64,000 nt of DNA from Sedimentisphaerales bacterium (lineage in GTDB: Bacteria > Planctomycetota > Phycisphaerae > Sedimentisphaerales > SM23-30), in the NCBI GenBank assembly GCA_963663805.2, contig CAXXMR010000013.1, forward strand, positions 224,001-288,000, written 5' to 3'. Shown piece by piece: positions 51,415-61,668 of the stretch. A model generated the notes under the pieces. It saw only the letters and a list, made by a program, of their open reading frames with translations, searched no databases and had not been told where the DNA came from. A program made the translations under genes and the position numbers. Each line of letters opens with the position of its first letter. The stretch's first letter is position 1.

Positions 51415-51770
51415 TTACAGGGCCGCTTTGGCTGCTTCTACAACCCTTATCGAAGCCCGCGGCGTCATGGATGGCCATTTCCGACAGCATCTTGCGGTTA
51501 ATCATAATCTGAGCCTTTTTCATGCCGTTGATGAATTGGCTGTAGTTGATGTCGCGCATTTGGCAGGCGGCACTGATACGGGTAATCCACAGCGAACGAA
51601 AATCCCGTTTTTTGCGACGACGGTCGCCGGTTGCGTTACACTGAGCCCGAACCAGGGTTTCTTTTACCAGGCGGAGATTTTTGCTCAGCGGTCCCCGATA
51701 ACCCCTGGCGGCCTTGAAAAGGCGTTTTTTTTGATTGATGCCGGGCGGCACCTCTACGTACTCTTGGCAT
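51415..51770 (-). CDS. rplT: 50S ribosomal protein L20 (two apparent frameshifts)
   Basis: MPRVRRG..., AARGYRG, RRRKKRDFRSLWITRISAA, INRKMLSEMA. Confidence 0.95.
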
Positions 51771-51920
51771 GACAGCTTTTCCTTTCTCAATACACCTGCT
51801 GGCGGCAGCTTCCAGCCGAGAAGCAGGGATTACAAAATGTAATTAGAGCCCCAAAACAACCGAGGCTCTTAAAAGGGAATAAAATCCCTTAAATAACTTA
51901 GTGTTTCCGGCTAATCCGGT

Positions 51921-52117
51921 TTAGACACCCAGCAAAATTCTGGTTTTACGTGCCATTGTGCTCGACATTCCGCAGGTCTTGCCCAGGGCCCGGCGACGTT
52001 TGGGGCTGCGACTGCTGAGCAGATGGCCGCCGAAACGATTTTTTTCCGTTTGATCTTGCCGTTGGAAGATACGCGAATCCGTTTTTTGATACCCTTATGG
52101 GTTTTCATCTTAGGCAT
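51921..52117 (-). CDS. rpmI: 50S ribosomal protein L35 (two apparent insertions)
   Basis: MPKMKTHKGIKKR; corrected C-terminus HLLSSRSPKRRRAL...RILLGV. Confidence 0.93.
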
Positions 52118-52169
52118 AATATACAATTCCTGTCTAAAAAATCCTGCCGACCAGGTCAGCTCTTTGTCT

Positions 52170-52700
52170 TTAGTGGCCGCCCATTTTGGCCGGCGCCATT
52201 ATCATTATCATTCTTCGGCCCTGACGTTTAGGGGCCAATTCTATCTTGCCTACATCTTCAAGTGAGGCCGCGATTTCTTCGCAGACCTGTACGCCTCGGT
52301 CTATATGCACCATTTCTCGTCCGCGGAAGAGCATGGTAAATTGCACGCGGTCACCTTTTTCCAGGAACTTGCGGGCCTGGTTCATTTTGACCATCTGGTC
52401 ATGGTCTTCAATCTTGGGTCTCAAACGCACTTCTTTCAGCGTTACATGGTGCTGTTTGACCTTGGCTTTATGGTCTTTTTTCTTCTGGTCGTATTTGAAC
52501 TTACCGTAATCCATAAGCCTGCAAACCGGAGGATTACTGTTCGGTGCGACTTCTACCAGGTCAACACCTGCCTCGCGGGCCATATTCAATGCTTCAAAAG
52601 TGTCTATCACACCAACCTGTTCATTTTCCAGGTCAATTAAACGAACCTGCGGGATTCGTATCTGCTCATTAAGCCTGAGACTTTTCGTAGCTATGGGCAA
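52170..52700 (-). CDS. infC: Translation initiation factor IF-3 (non-ATG start: TTG 52700 or ATA 52694)
   Basis: NEQIR, DLVEVAP, PPVCRLMDYGK, KEVRLRP, FRGRE. Confidence 0.97.
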   Translation of the reverse strand: MPIATKSLRLNEQIRIPQVRLIDLENEQVGVIDTFEALNMAREAGVDLVEVAPNSNPPVCRLMDYGKFKYDQKKKDHKAKVKQHHVTLKEVRLRPKIEDHDQMVKMNQARKFLEKGDRVQFTMLFRGREMVHIDRGVQVCEEIAASLEDVGKIELAPKRQGRRMIMIMAPAKMGGH

Positions 52701-52764
52701 CCACCTTCCTTTACCATATTGTTCGTGTTAAGCGGCTCTTAACTCTTTTGCCGCACGGCGATTA

Positions 52765-54789
52765 TCATATTTCCAAATTTAATTCGCGGACGTTGTATTT
52801 CGCCGCTGCCGCCGTCACAAACTCACTTGCCTGCATGGTCCGCTGTTCTTTACTGCCGCGGACACGTACTGTTACGGTGTTTTCTTCCTGTTCCTTCTGG
52901 CCCACTATCAGCATATACGGCAGCCGCATAACGTGGGCCCTCTTTATCTTGGCCGAGATTTTATCATCAGCGTCGTCCAGTGTACAGCGTAATCCTGCCG
53001 CCTGCAAGCGTTTCAGGACACTTTCTCCGTATTCATTCATTTTTTCGCTGATGGGCATGACCCGGACCTGCTCCGGGGCCAGCCAAAGCGGGAATGCGCC
53101 CGCGAAATGCTCGATAAGCACACCCACAAATCGTTCCATCGAACCGAACGGAGCCCGGTGCAGCATGACTGGCCGATGCGGGGTATTGTCAGCTCCAATA
53201 TACGTTAAGTCAAAGCGTTCCGGGAGGTTATAGTCAACCTGGATGGTTCCCAACTGCCATTCCCGGCCCAGAACATCCTTGACCACAAAGTCAATCTTGG
53301 GACCGTAGAAGGCCGCTTCACCGATTTCTTCGGTGAAGGGCACGCCCAGAGACGCCGCGCCTTCGCGGCAGGCCTGCTCAGCTTTTTTCCAGTTTTCCGG
53401 GTCGCCCACGTATTTATCACTTTCCGGGTCGGAAAGGCTTACACGAACCGTGAAATCGTTCATGCCCAGAGTTTCAAAGACGGTCTGGACCAGCTCCAGG
53501 CAGCCTTTAAGTTCATCAGCCAACTGGTCTTCGGTGCAGAACAAGTGAGCATCGTCCTGGGTAAAGCCCCGCACACGGGTCATGCCGCTAAGTTCGCCGG
53601 ACTGCTCCCAGCGGTATACCGTACCAAACTCCGCCAACCTTATCGGCAGGTCGCGATAGCTGTAACGTTCGCTGGCAAATATCTTTATGTGATGTGGGCA
53701 GTTCATCGGCTTGAGCAGATAGCCGTCAATTTCGCCTTCCTGCATCCTGCCCGCCAGTTCGGCACAACTGCATCCTTCCTCGGCCAGCAGGCCCATTTGG
53801 TCGCTGTCAATCAGCGGGGGGTACTGGCTGTCCTGATAGTAGGGGAAGTGGCCGGAAGTTTTGTAGAGGCCCAGCCTGCCGATATGAGGCGTAAATACCT
53901 GTGAATAGCCCTGTTTACGCAGTTCAATAGAAATGAAATCCTGTAATTCCTGACGGACGACCGAGCCGTTGGGTTTCCAGAGTATGAGCCCCTGGCCTAC
54001 CGTCTCGTCGATGGCGAACAGTTCCAGTTGCTTACCTAAGACCCTGTGGTCACGCTTCTTAGCTTCTTCGAGCTGGGTCAGATACTGGTTGAGTTCCTTC
54101 TTGTCGGCAAAAGCGGTGGCGTAGACACGCTGGAGCATTTTCTCTTTGGCATCGCCGTGGAAGTAGGCACCGGCGACGCTCATGATTTTGAACGCACCAA
54201 TTTTGCCGGTAGCGGGAATATGGGGTCCGAGGCATAAATCCTCAAAAGCGGAACCATTAGTTCCTGTCATATAAAAACTTAGGGTGTCGCCGGAGGCTCG
54301 CTGGGCGTTTTCGGTCTTATAGCGATTACCTTCAGCCTGAAGCTTTTTCATCGCTTCAGCCCGCGGCATATCAATGCGGGTGAAAGGCTGATTGTCCTTG
54401 ACGATGTTGGCCATCTCGGCTTCGATTTTTTCAAAATCATCCGAGGAGATAGGCTCGTCCAGGTCGATGTCATAGTAGAACCCATTCTCAACCGTCGGAC
54501 CGTAAACCAGCTTGGCAGCAGGATATAGGCGACAGATGGCCTCAGCCATGACGTGGGCACAGCTATGTCGCATGAGGTCGAGAGCGGTTTCGGGGTCGCT
54601 TTTGAAGGTGATGATTTCGATGGGGGTGTCTTTGTCGATGGTCGTGGTTACGTCTACCAGTTTGCCGTTAATACGGCCTGCGAGGGCGTCTTTGGCCAGG
54701 CGGGGGCTGATGTCGGCGGCAATGTCGCAGACCGAGAGCGGTCCTTCGAATTCCCGCACACTGTTGTCTGGTAAGGTGATTTTGACCAT
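52765..54789 (-). CDS. thrS: Threonine--tRNA ligase
   Basis: TGS domain, RHSCAH, DLCLGPH, RDHR, KPMNCPHH, RVRGFTQDDAH, FYGPKID, GSMERF. Confidence 0.98.
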   Translation of the reverse strand: MVKITLPDNSVREFEGPLSVCDIAADISPRLAKDALAGRINGKLVDVTTTIDKDTPIEIITFKSDPETALDLMRHSCAHVMAEAICRLYPAAKLVYGPTVENGFYYDIDLDEPISSDDFEKIEAEMANIVKDNQPFTRIDMPRAEAMKKLQAEGNRYKTENAQRASGDTLSFYMTGTNGSAFEDLCLGPHIPATGKIGAFKIMSVAGAYFHGDAKEKMLQRVYATAFADKKELNQYLTQLEEAKKRDHRVLGKQLELFAIDETVGQGLILWKPNGSVVRQELQDFISIELRKQGYSQVFTPHIGRLGLYKTSGHFPYYQDSQYPPLIDSDQMGLLAEEGCSCAELAGRMQEGEIDGYLLKPMNCPHHIKIFASERYSYRDLPIRLAEFGTVYRWEQSGELSGMTRVRGFTQDDAHLFCTEDQLADELKGCLELVQTVFETLGMNDFTVRVSLSDPESDKYVGDPENWKKAEQACREGAASLGVPFTEEIGEAAFYGPKIDFVVKDVLGREWQLGTIQVDYNLPERFDLTYIGADNTPHRPVMLHRAPFGSMERFVGVLIEHFAGAFPLWLAPEQVRVMPISEKMNEYGESVLKRLQAAGLRCTLDDADDKISAKIKRAHVMRLPYMLIVGQKEQEENTVTVRVRGSKEQRTMQASEFVTAAAAKYNVRELNLEI

Positions 54790-54828
54790 TCTTATTTCCT
54801 GCTAAGTCTCGGTTTTATAACCGTTTAT

Positions 54829-54964
54829 AAAAGAAAAACGACCCGTTTCTGTCTGTAAACACGAAAGAAATCAGCTTGCCGGCAGGTTTTTAGTGGTCCG
54901 CCGTAAGCTCGAGCATTTAGTTATGCTGTCGTCGTTCGTGTAAACATTTGCAAAAACCGTGTCG
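54829..54964 (-). promoter_or_regulatory. Structured thrS leader RNA (candidate attenuator)
   Basis: cgacacggtttttg..tgtttacacgaa pairs with ttcgtgtttaca..cagaaacgggtcg, enclosing two inner hairpins and followed by tttttctttt. Confidence 0.55.
54921..54947 (-). CDS. Putative Thr-rich leader peptide MFTRTTTA upstream of thrS
   Basis: ATG TTT ACA CGA ACG ACG ACA GCA TAA: 4 of 8 codons are Thr, ~130 nt upstream of thrS; no clear SD. Confidence 0.6.
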   Translation of the reverse strand: MFTRTTTA

Positions 54965-55266
54965 CCTAAAAAACACAACTACTTATTTAATATAATGTTA
55001 AGAGATCTTCGGCGGGGTTGGCACCCATCATCGCCGGACCTGCCGATACTCAAACCTATATACTATATCGACAAATACTTATTTGTCAATAAGAAAGAAG
55101 GGATGAGGCATGAGGCATGAATGAACGGCGTGGTGCCTGCCTTTGGCAGGAGGTGTTTTTATCGATTGGTCCCATTACCTCTTGGCTTTGGTTTTTAATA
55201 TGGTGGTTGGTGGTTGTATCCGGTCGCTTACGCGGCTCGGCTTCTGTTGGGGGTGGGGGATTGGTT

Positions 55267-56604
55267 TTATTTTAGTTTGGGCAGGTATTTGCCGTGGGCT
55301 TTTATCATTTCGTCGCACATTTTTCGGATGTCTTCGATGTTGAGTTCGGCGGCGGTGTGGGGGTCGAGCAGGGCGGCTTGATATAGGGCATCTTTGCTGT
55401 TGTTGAAATACGCTTCGAGTGTCAAGAGTTGTACGTTGATGTTTGTGCGGTTGAGGGCGGCGCATTGTTCGGGCAGGTCGCCGACTACGGTGGGGCGAAT
55501 ACCGTTACGCTGAGCGAAGCAGGGTACTTCGACGATAGCTTTGCGGGGCAGGTTGGTGATATAGCCGTCGTTGACGACGTTGCCGCCGAACTGGAAGGGG
55601 TTGTCGGTTACGAATCCTTTGATAATGCGTGAGCAGTATTCGTGGGAGAGTTTGTGCTTGAGTTTCTTGTTGTCGATTAGCTCTTTTTTCGTGTCTTTCC
55701 AGATTTTGATGATTTCGACGCAGCGGCGGGGATATTCATCGAGGGGGATGTTCCACTTTTCAATCATTTCAGGGTAATTGTGTTTGATCCAGAGCGGGCT
55801 GTACTCGGCGTTGTGTTCGCTGGACTCGGTGATGTAATGGCCGAAGTTGCGCATCATTTCGAGGCGAATCATATCGCCGTGTTTTTGAGCACCCTTTTTC
55901 ATCGCGTCGCGGTTCAGTTTGGCAGCGCGTTTTTTGATTTCCGGGTAGAGGTCTTTGCCGTCCTCGGAGATTTCCAGCAGCCAGGCCATGTGGTTGATAC
56001 CGGCAATCAGTGATTTTAGATTACGTCCCTCGTGAGGCATGTCGAGCAGTTTGAATAAACTGGGGACACAATGCTGTACTGAGTGGCAAAGTCCGATGGT
56101 CTGGATATTTGAGCCGCGATTCAATGCCCCGGTAATCATGGCCATGGGATTGACGTAATTCAGGAACCAGGCGCTGGGGCAGACTTTTTCCATCTCGGCG
56201 GTGAAGTCGAGTACAACGGGGATGGTGCGCAGGGCCCGGAAGATTCCGCCGATGCCGAGGGTGTCGGCGATTGTCTGGCGCAGGCCGTACTTTTTGGGGA
56301 TTTCAAAATCTATTACCGTGCTGGGTTGGTAGCCGCCGACCTGGACCATGTTGACGACGAAATCGGCATCTTTCAGAGCGGCTTTACGCTGGGCGGGTCC
56401 GAGGTGGGCGGTGACTTTGGCTCGGTCCTTGTTGAGGTTGTGGTTGAGCGATTTGACCATTTTGCGGGCGCCGCTGAGCCGGTCTTTATCTATATCATAT
56501 AAACTTATATGGCATTGGCGAAGTTCCGGCGTGAGGAAAATATCGCCGACGATGTTTTTGGTGAAAACTACGCTGCCTGCCCCCATTAAAGTAACTTTGA
56601 GCAT
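55267..56604 (-). CDS. melA: Family 4 glycoside hydrolase (alpha-galactosidase/glucosidase)
   Basis: MGAGSVVF, QTIADTLGIGG, NYVNPM, GLCHS, GINH, TESSEH. Confidence 0.9.
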   Translation of the reverse strand: MLKVTLMGAGSVVFTKNIVGDIFLTPELRQCHISLYDIDKDRLSGARKMVKSLNHNLNKDRAKVTAHLGPAQRKAALKDADFVVNMVQVGGYQPSTVIDFEIPKKYGLRQTIADTLGIGGIFRALRTIPVVLDFTAEMEKVCPSAWFLNYVNPMAMITGALNRGSNIQTIGLCHSVQHCVPSLFKLLDMPHEGRNLKSLIAGINHMAWLLEISEDGKDLYPEIKKRAAKLNRDAMKKGAQKHGDMIRLEMMRNFGHYITESSEHNAEYSPLWIKHNYPEMIEKWNIPLDEYPRRCVEIIKIWKDTKKELIDNKKLKHKLSHEYCSRIIKGFVTDNPFQFGGNVVNDGYITNLPRKAIVEVPCFAQRNGIRPTVVGDLPEQCAALNRTNINVQLLTLEAYFNNSKDALYQAALLDPHTAAELNIEDIRKMCDEMIKAHGKYLPKLK

Positions 56605-56721
56605 TTTTTTTGGCCCTTTGGTATGAAATTCAATTTACGTCCATTGCAATAATTGATATAATAGCACTCCGTGGCAGGTGTGTAAACGATAGTTTGGTGA
56701 TAAAATCTGGCAAATTGTGAT

Positions 56722-57578
56722 ATGTTAGATTGGTGGATAACATTTAAAGTTCCGCATTCGCGGTATTTTGCCCAGTTTCGGACGATGGCCCGGCAGAGTG
56801 TTTCGAGTGCTGATTATAATTATCGGGGTTCGGACCGGTCCGATAAGCCGCATATCGTTTTTCAGTATACTCTTTCGGGGGTGAGGGTTATTTTCAGCGT
56901 TTGGATGAGGTTTATCGGGTTGGCCCGGAGACGGGTTTTATCTGTAATGTGCGTGACGAGGAGATTGGTTATTTTCATTCGGCGGATTCGGCTGAGCCGT
57001 GGGAGTTTGTGTTTTTCTCGTTTACGGGTCAGGCGGCGTTTGATTGCGCGGCGGGACTTATCGAAAAACATGGGCATATTCTCAGGCTGGCGGGGTCTAA
57101 TGTTCTGCTCAACGAGCTTTTGACTTTGAGCAGTGACGGGTCGCGGACAATAGAGATGTCAACGGCGGAAAACAGTATGCTGGCTTTTCGGCTTTTTACG
57201 GGTCTGGAACAGGCCCAGAAGCGGCGTATTGTGATGACCAGCAGTGATTTGCTGGTGGAGAAGGCCCGGTCGATTATTACGACTGGTATCGACCGGAATA
57301 TCAATGCCACTGAGGTTGCCCAGCAGTTGGGGGTTTCGCGGGAGCATTTGAGCCGGGTTTTTGGCCAGGGCTGTCATGTGAGTTTGTATAAATATATTAC
57401 CGAGCAGAAAATGGATCGGGCCCGGCGGCTGCTGATGACGACCTCGCTTTCGATTAACGAAATCACCGGGCGACTGGGATTTAATTCCGGGCCGGAGTTC
57501 ACCCGTTTTTTTAAAAAGAACGCGGGGATTTCACCTACGAGTTTTCGCAAGGATATTTATACTTCGCTGTTTGGCTGA
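56722..57578 (+). CDS. AraC-family transcriptional regulator (one frameshift at ~56880)
   Basis: N-terminal FQYTLSG; C-terminal double HTH SREHLSRVF, ARRLL, FTRFFKK...SPTSFR; divergent from melA. Confidence 0.85.
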
Positions 57579-57700
57579 TTTTGACGTGAGGCATGAGGCA
57601 AAAGTGAACTGTGTCCGGTCCTGATATAAGTTGACAGTTTCGGCCTTTGGTTGATAGTTTTTAACGTCAACGGCTTGGTGCTGCCTGCGCGGAGTTGTTA

Positions 57701-58966
57701 TTATTGACTGGGACTAACCTCTGGCTGTTTTGGTTTTTGGATGACAGGAAAAACAACAGAAAATATCGTCCCTTTGCCGGGAATGCTTTTGACTAGAATA
57801 TTACCGTTGTGATTTTTTATTATATTGTAAGCTATCGTCAAACCAAGTCCGGTACCGCTGCCAATCTCTCTGGTTGTAAAAAAGGGATCAAAGATTTTAT
57901 TAAGGTGCTCGGCTTTAATTCCTTCCCCGGTGTCGCTGATTTGGATGTAAATGTTATCATCGTTATAAAAGCTGTGTAGTTTTATGGTGCCTTTTCCCTT
58001 TATGGCCTGGCATGCATTTATCAGCAAATTTACTATTACCTGATTAATTTGTTGAGGATAACATGTAATTTTGGGCAGAGGAGACAATTCTTTCTTAACA
58101 CAGATATCATCACCAAAATCATTATTAACGATAGTCAATAAGCTCTCTATTTCTGAATTAATATCAACATTGGCACATTCAGTTTCATTCATATCAGAAA
58201 ATGATTGTAATGACTGAACAATTTTTGAAATACGACGGACACCTTCGATTGAATCGTCAATAGTGTTTTGCATATCATCTAATACATAATCAAGTGATAT
58301 TTCATCTTGTATCTGGTTAATGTCATTGCAGGTTTTATGAAAATTTGAGGATTCATCGCCCCGCAACGACTCTACTAATTCGGTATATTTTCCAAGTAAT
58401 GCCAAGATATCATGTAAATACTGAGACAATGTGTGAAGATTGGTTTCGATAAATGTTGTAGGATTATTTATCTCATGAGCTATCCCTGATGCCAGTTGAC
58501 CAATAGATGCCATTTTTTCTGACTGAATTAATCGAGACTGAAGCCGATTGAGATCTTCATAGGCTTTTTTGAGGTTTTTTTCTGCAGTTTTTTGCTTGGT
58601 GATATCTTCGACAATTTCAATAAAGCCTTTAATTTCGCCGTCATGATTGTAAATAGGGAAAGCCCTGTTCCAGACGTAAAAACCACTACCATCATCACGA
58701 ACACCTTGAGTTACTACTTCAAATGTATCTCCGCTGGCAAGGGCTTTTGAACCGGGGCAGTGTGGGCATATTTCATCGCGTTTCTCAAACTCATCAAAGC
58801 AAAATTTGCCTACAAATTCATTTACGGGTTTATTAAACATTTTACTGAATGTTTTATTTACTTCAAGAATCCGATGATTGGTATCCATAACGGCAACCCC
58901 TAGCAGGGTATTGTCCATTAAGGCTCGGTATCGGTCTTGGGTTTCTATAAGAAGTTCTTGATTCAT
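57701..58966 (-). CDS. PAS-domain sensor histidine kinase (NtrB-like)
   Basis: EKMASIGQLASGIAHEINNP, NLLINA, DTGEG, FDPFFTT, GTGLGL. Confidence 0.93.
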   Translation of the reverse strand: MNQELLIETQDRYRALMDNTLLGVAVMDTNHRILEVNKTFSKMFNKPVNEFVGKFCFDEFEKRDEICPHCPGSKALASGDTFEVVTQGVRDDGSGFYVWNRAFPIYNHDGEIKGFIEIVEDITKQKTAEKNLKKAYEDLNRLQSRLIQSEKMASIGQLASGIAHEINNPTTFIETNLHTLSQYLHDILALLGKYTELVESLRGDESSNFHKTCNDINQIQDEISLDYVLDDMQNTIDDSIEGVRRISKIVQSLQSFSDMNETECANVDINSEIESLLTIVNNDFGDDICVKKELSPLPKITCYPQQINQVIVNLLINACQAIKGKGTIKLHSFYNDDNIYIQISDTGEGIKAEHLNKIFDPFFTTREIGSGTGLGLTIAYNIIKNHNGNILVKSIPGKGTIFSVVFPVIQKPKQPEVSPSQ

Positions 58967-59272
58967 AGCTTATACCATTTCTGCCATTGTACTTATCTGC
59001 GTATAAACAATATCGGATTTATAGTAATTAACATAGTAGCCAATTAATGGGGTTGAACGTGTATTTGGGAAATACGAGACTTAATGTGTTTTTATATATA
59101 TAGTTATAACACTCATATGTAGGGGCAAATAAAAGATTCCCTTTCGGTAATCAATGTTTTGTCCGATAACCGAACCCTGCGAGGAATTCCAGACCGGGTT
59201 CGACCGCTTGGACGGGGCGGTTTTTGTTGGTGGTCGTAAATGGCACCAGGGTAACGGCGGGGGTGCCGTGGT

Positions 59273-61444
59273 TTATAATTGGCCGGTGACTGCCTTGGCG
59301 ATGTCGTTCCAGGTTATATAAAGGAACAGCGAAAGAAGCAAAGCCAGACCTATGTAAGAGGAAACTTCCTGAACCTTGACTGAGACTGGCGAGCCTTTGA
59401 TTTTTTCGATGATAAGAAAGAGCATATGGCCGCCGTCAACTACGGGGATGGGCAGAAAATTAAATACCGCGATTATGGCACTGAGCATAGCGAGGAAATG
59501 GAGATACTCAATTATGGAACGCTCCTGGATGATTCGATAGCTCAGACGCAGGATGCCGACCGGTCCCTGGGCCGCAGAGGTCGAGACGGTGCCGTTGACC
59601 ATGCCTTTTATAGTGAAGTATGTCTGGCTGATGAACAGACCGGTGGTGCTCAGACCCATGCCCAGAGACTGGGCCAAAGATTTGCCTTTGAAAAGCTCTG
59701 AATATGGTTCGAGCATGATGGGCAGCACACGCAGAGTTTTGTCGGTGGGGCGGAAAGCAAGTTTGGTCCATGAGGAATTATTAGGGACGGTCGCGGCGAC
59801 TTTTTCGGTTTGGTCGCTGTCGGGGGCCTGGTAGGAAATTTCGATATCTTTGCCCTGAGCGTCCATCAGAGCCAGGGTGATTTCCTGGAAGGTGCGGACT
59901 TCTTCGCCGTTGACGGCGGTGATTCTGCTGCCTCTGGGGATGGGCAGGGCTTCTTTCTTGTTTTCGAGGGCAACGGTGTTGAGGATGATATTGGAGTCCA
60001 GGTCGCGGGTGGGGAAAAAGCCGATGATGGCGCGACGCTGTTCAAAGCCCAGCAGGGCTTTCCACCACGTTCCGCTCAGGCAGGGAGTGAGGGCCAGGTC
60101 TTTTTCCATAACCTTGCCTTCTTCGCGGCGTTGGACGGTTACGATAATTTCCTTGTTGACGCTCTCTTCAAAGAGTCTGGTCATCTCGGTATAGGTTGGG
60201 TTTTTCTGGCTGCCGATACGGGTGATTACATCGTCAGTTTGCAGGCCGGCTTTTTCAGCGGGGCTGTTTGGGGAAACGGTGCTGATTTTGAGACGCGGCA
60301 CCAGCCCCAGTACGCTGCATTTCTGCGGGTCGATAGGTGAGTCGGTAACGCGCAGGGCGAGCGGGACTTCGATGGTTTTGATTTCTTCACTGTTGGCGGA
60401 TTTGAAGGTGATGTTGGGATTGAGGCTGGGTAGAGTTCCGGGCCAGGGGTAGAGTTCTTTGCGGAGCTGGGAGTAGTGTTCGATAGGTTGACCGTTGACA
60501 GCGACGACGGTGTCCTGCGGATTGAGACCTGCTTTTTGGAGGGCTTCCAGGGAGGCTTTGTCGTCGGGGCTGAATTTACCGATTGTCAGTGAGGTCGGAG
60601 GTTCGATGCCGAACATACGTACACCGGTGGTGTTGGTTTCGGAGGGGCGGGGCTCCATGGCGATGTCTTCTATGGAACCGTCGGGGTGTTCAACTGTAAA
60701 AGTGACCTGCTGACCCTTGTCCGCGAAGGCGCCTGCCATAATGATGTGCATGAAGCTGAGGTTGTTATCTTTGCCGTCGATAGCCAGGATACGGTCGCCG
60801 CCTTGCAGTCCTGCCTGACTGGCGGGCATACCTTCGATTACGTCGCCGATCATGGCCGGGGGCTGCTCAATGCCGACGCTGAAGACAATTACGAAAACGA
60901 TGGCCGCACTGATGATGTTCATAATGACGCCGGCGGAGATGACCAGGCTGCGTTGGCCGACTTTCTTGTTATTGTAGGCACGCGGGTCGTCGGTGACTTC
61001 GTCGGCGCCCATGTCTTCCTGGCCGAGCATTTTTACGAATCCGCCTAGCGGTATGAGGCGAATCTGATATTCTGTTTCACCTTCCTTGCCGGCGGGGTTG
61101 CCCAGAGGAATTTTGAAGGTTAGGGCTGCTTCGCCGTCGGGTTTTTGCAGGATGGTCGGCAAGATTCGTACGAGCATGCCGCCGGGTACTTTTCGAAAGC
61201 CCAGGAATATCGGGCCAAAACCGATGGCGAACGCTTCGACGAGGATGCCCACGGATTTGGCGGCCAGGAAGTGGCCTAGTTCATGAACGAATATTACCGC
61301 GCCGAACCCGGCGAGTATGGCCAGGATGCGGACGAAGCGGGCCGGGTCCTGGTAGACAAACCAGGCTGCCAGGATGGCGATTGCCAGGATGATTATGGGT
61401 GAGGATTTCTGGTTCTGATTCTTGGCGGAGGCCTTATCGGTCAT
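59273..61444 (-). CDS. rseP: RIP metalloprotease RseP with multiple PDZ domains
   Basis: HELGH, IPLGGFVKM, NFLPIPVVDGG; downstream of dxr. Confidence 0.93.
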   Translation of the reverse strand: MTDKASAKNQNQKSSPIIILAIAILAAWFVYQDPARFVRILAILAGFGAVIFVHELGHFLAAKSVGILVEAFAIGFGPIFLGFRKVPGGMLVRILPTILQKPDGEAALTFKIPLGNPAGKEGETEYQIRLIPLGGFVKMLGQEDMGADEVTDDPRAYNNKKVGQRSLVISAGVIMNIISAAIVFVIVFSVGIEQPPAMIGDVIEGMPASQAGLQGGDRILAIDGKDNNLSFMHIIMAGAFADKGQQVTFTVEHPDGSIEDIAMEPRPSETNTTGVRMFGIEPPTSLTIGKFSPDDKASLEALQKAGLNPQDTVVAVNGQPIEHYSQLRKELYPWPGTLPSLNPNITFKSANSEEIKTIEVPLALRVTDSPIDPQKCSVLGLVPRLKISTVSPNSPAEKAGLQTDDVITRIGSQKNPTYTEMTRLFEESVNKEIIVTVQRREEGKVMEKDLALTPCLSGTWWKALLGFEQRRAIIGFFPTRDLDSNIILNTVALENKKEALPIPRGSRITAVNGEEVRTFQEITLALMDAQGKDIEISYQAPDSDQTEKVAATVPNNSSWTKLAFRPTDKTLRVLPIMLEPYSELFKGKSLAQSLGMGLSTTGLFISQTYFTIKGMVNGTVSTSAAQGPVGILRLSYRIIQERSIIEYLHFLAMLSAIIAVFNFLPIPVVDGGHMLFLIIEKIKGSPVSVKVQEVSSYIGLALLLSLFLYITWNDIAKAVTGQL

Positions 61445-61668
61445 GATTTTCCTTTAAGTCGCAAATCATCGTATTTTTCAACCAAAAACACAAATTTTTG
61501 GATAAAAACACGATTTTTTTCAAATTTTTTTCAAAAAAACAATCTCTTTGGGCGTAAATGCGCACACATTATAATGCTGCTAAGATAATCGGCTATTTCG
61601 CCAGCATATGTTTGTTGTATTAATATAGTTAATTCTGATCATGTTTTTGATACGCAAAAGGTCGATTT

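Noticed and set aside
54839..54964. 6S RNA or T-box reading of the thrS leader
   Set aside because: At ~126 nt it is short for 6S and no T-box consensus was seen. The Thr-rich uORF explains it better, though an Rfam scan is still needed.
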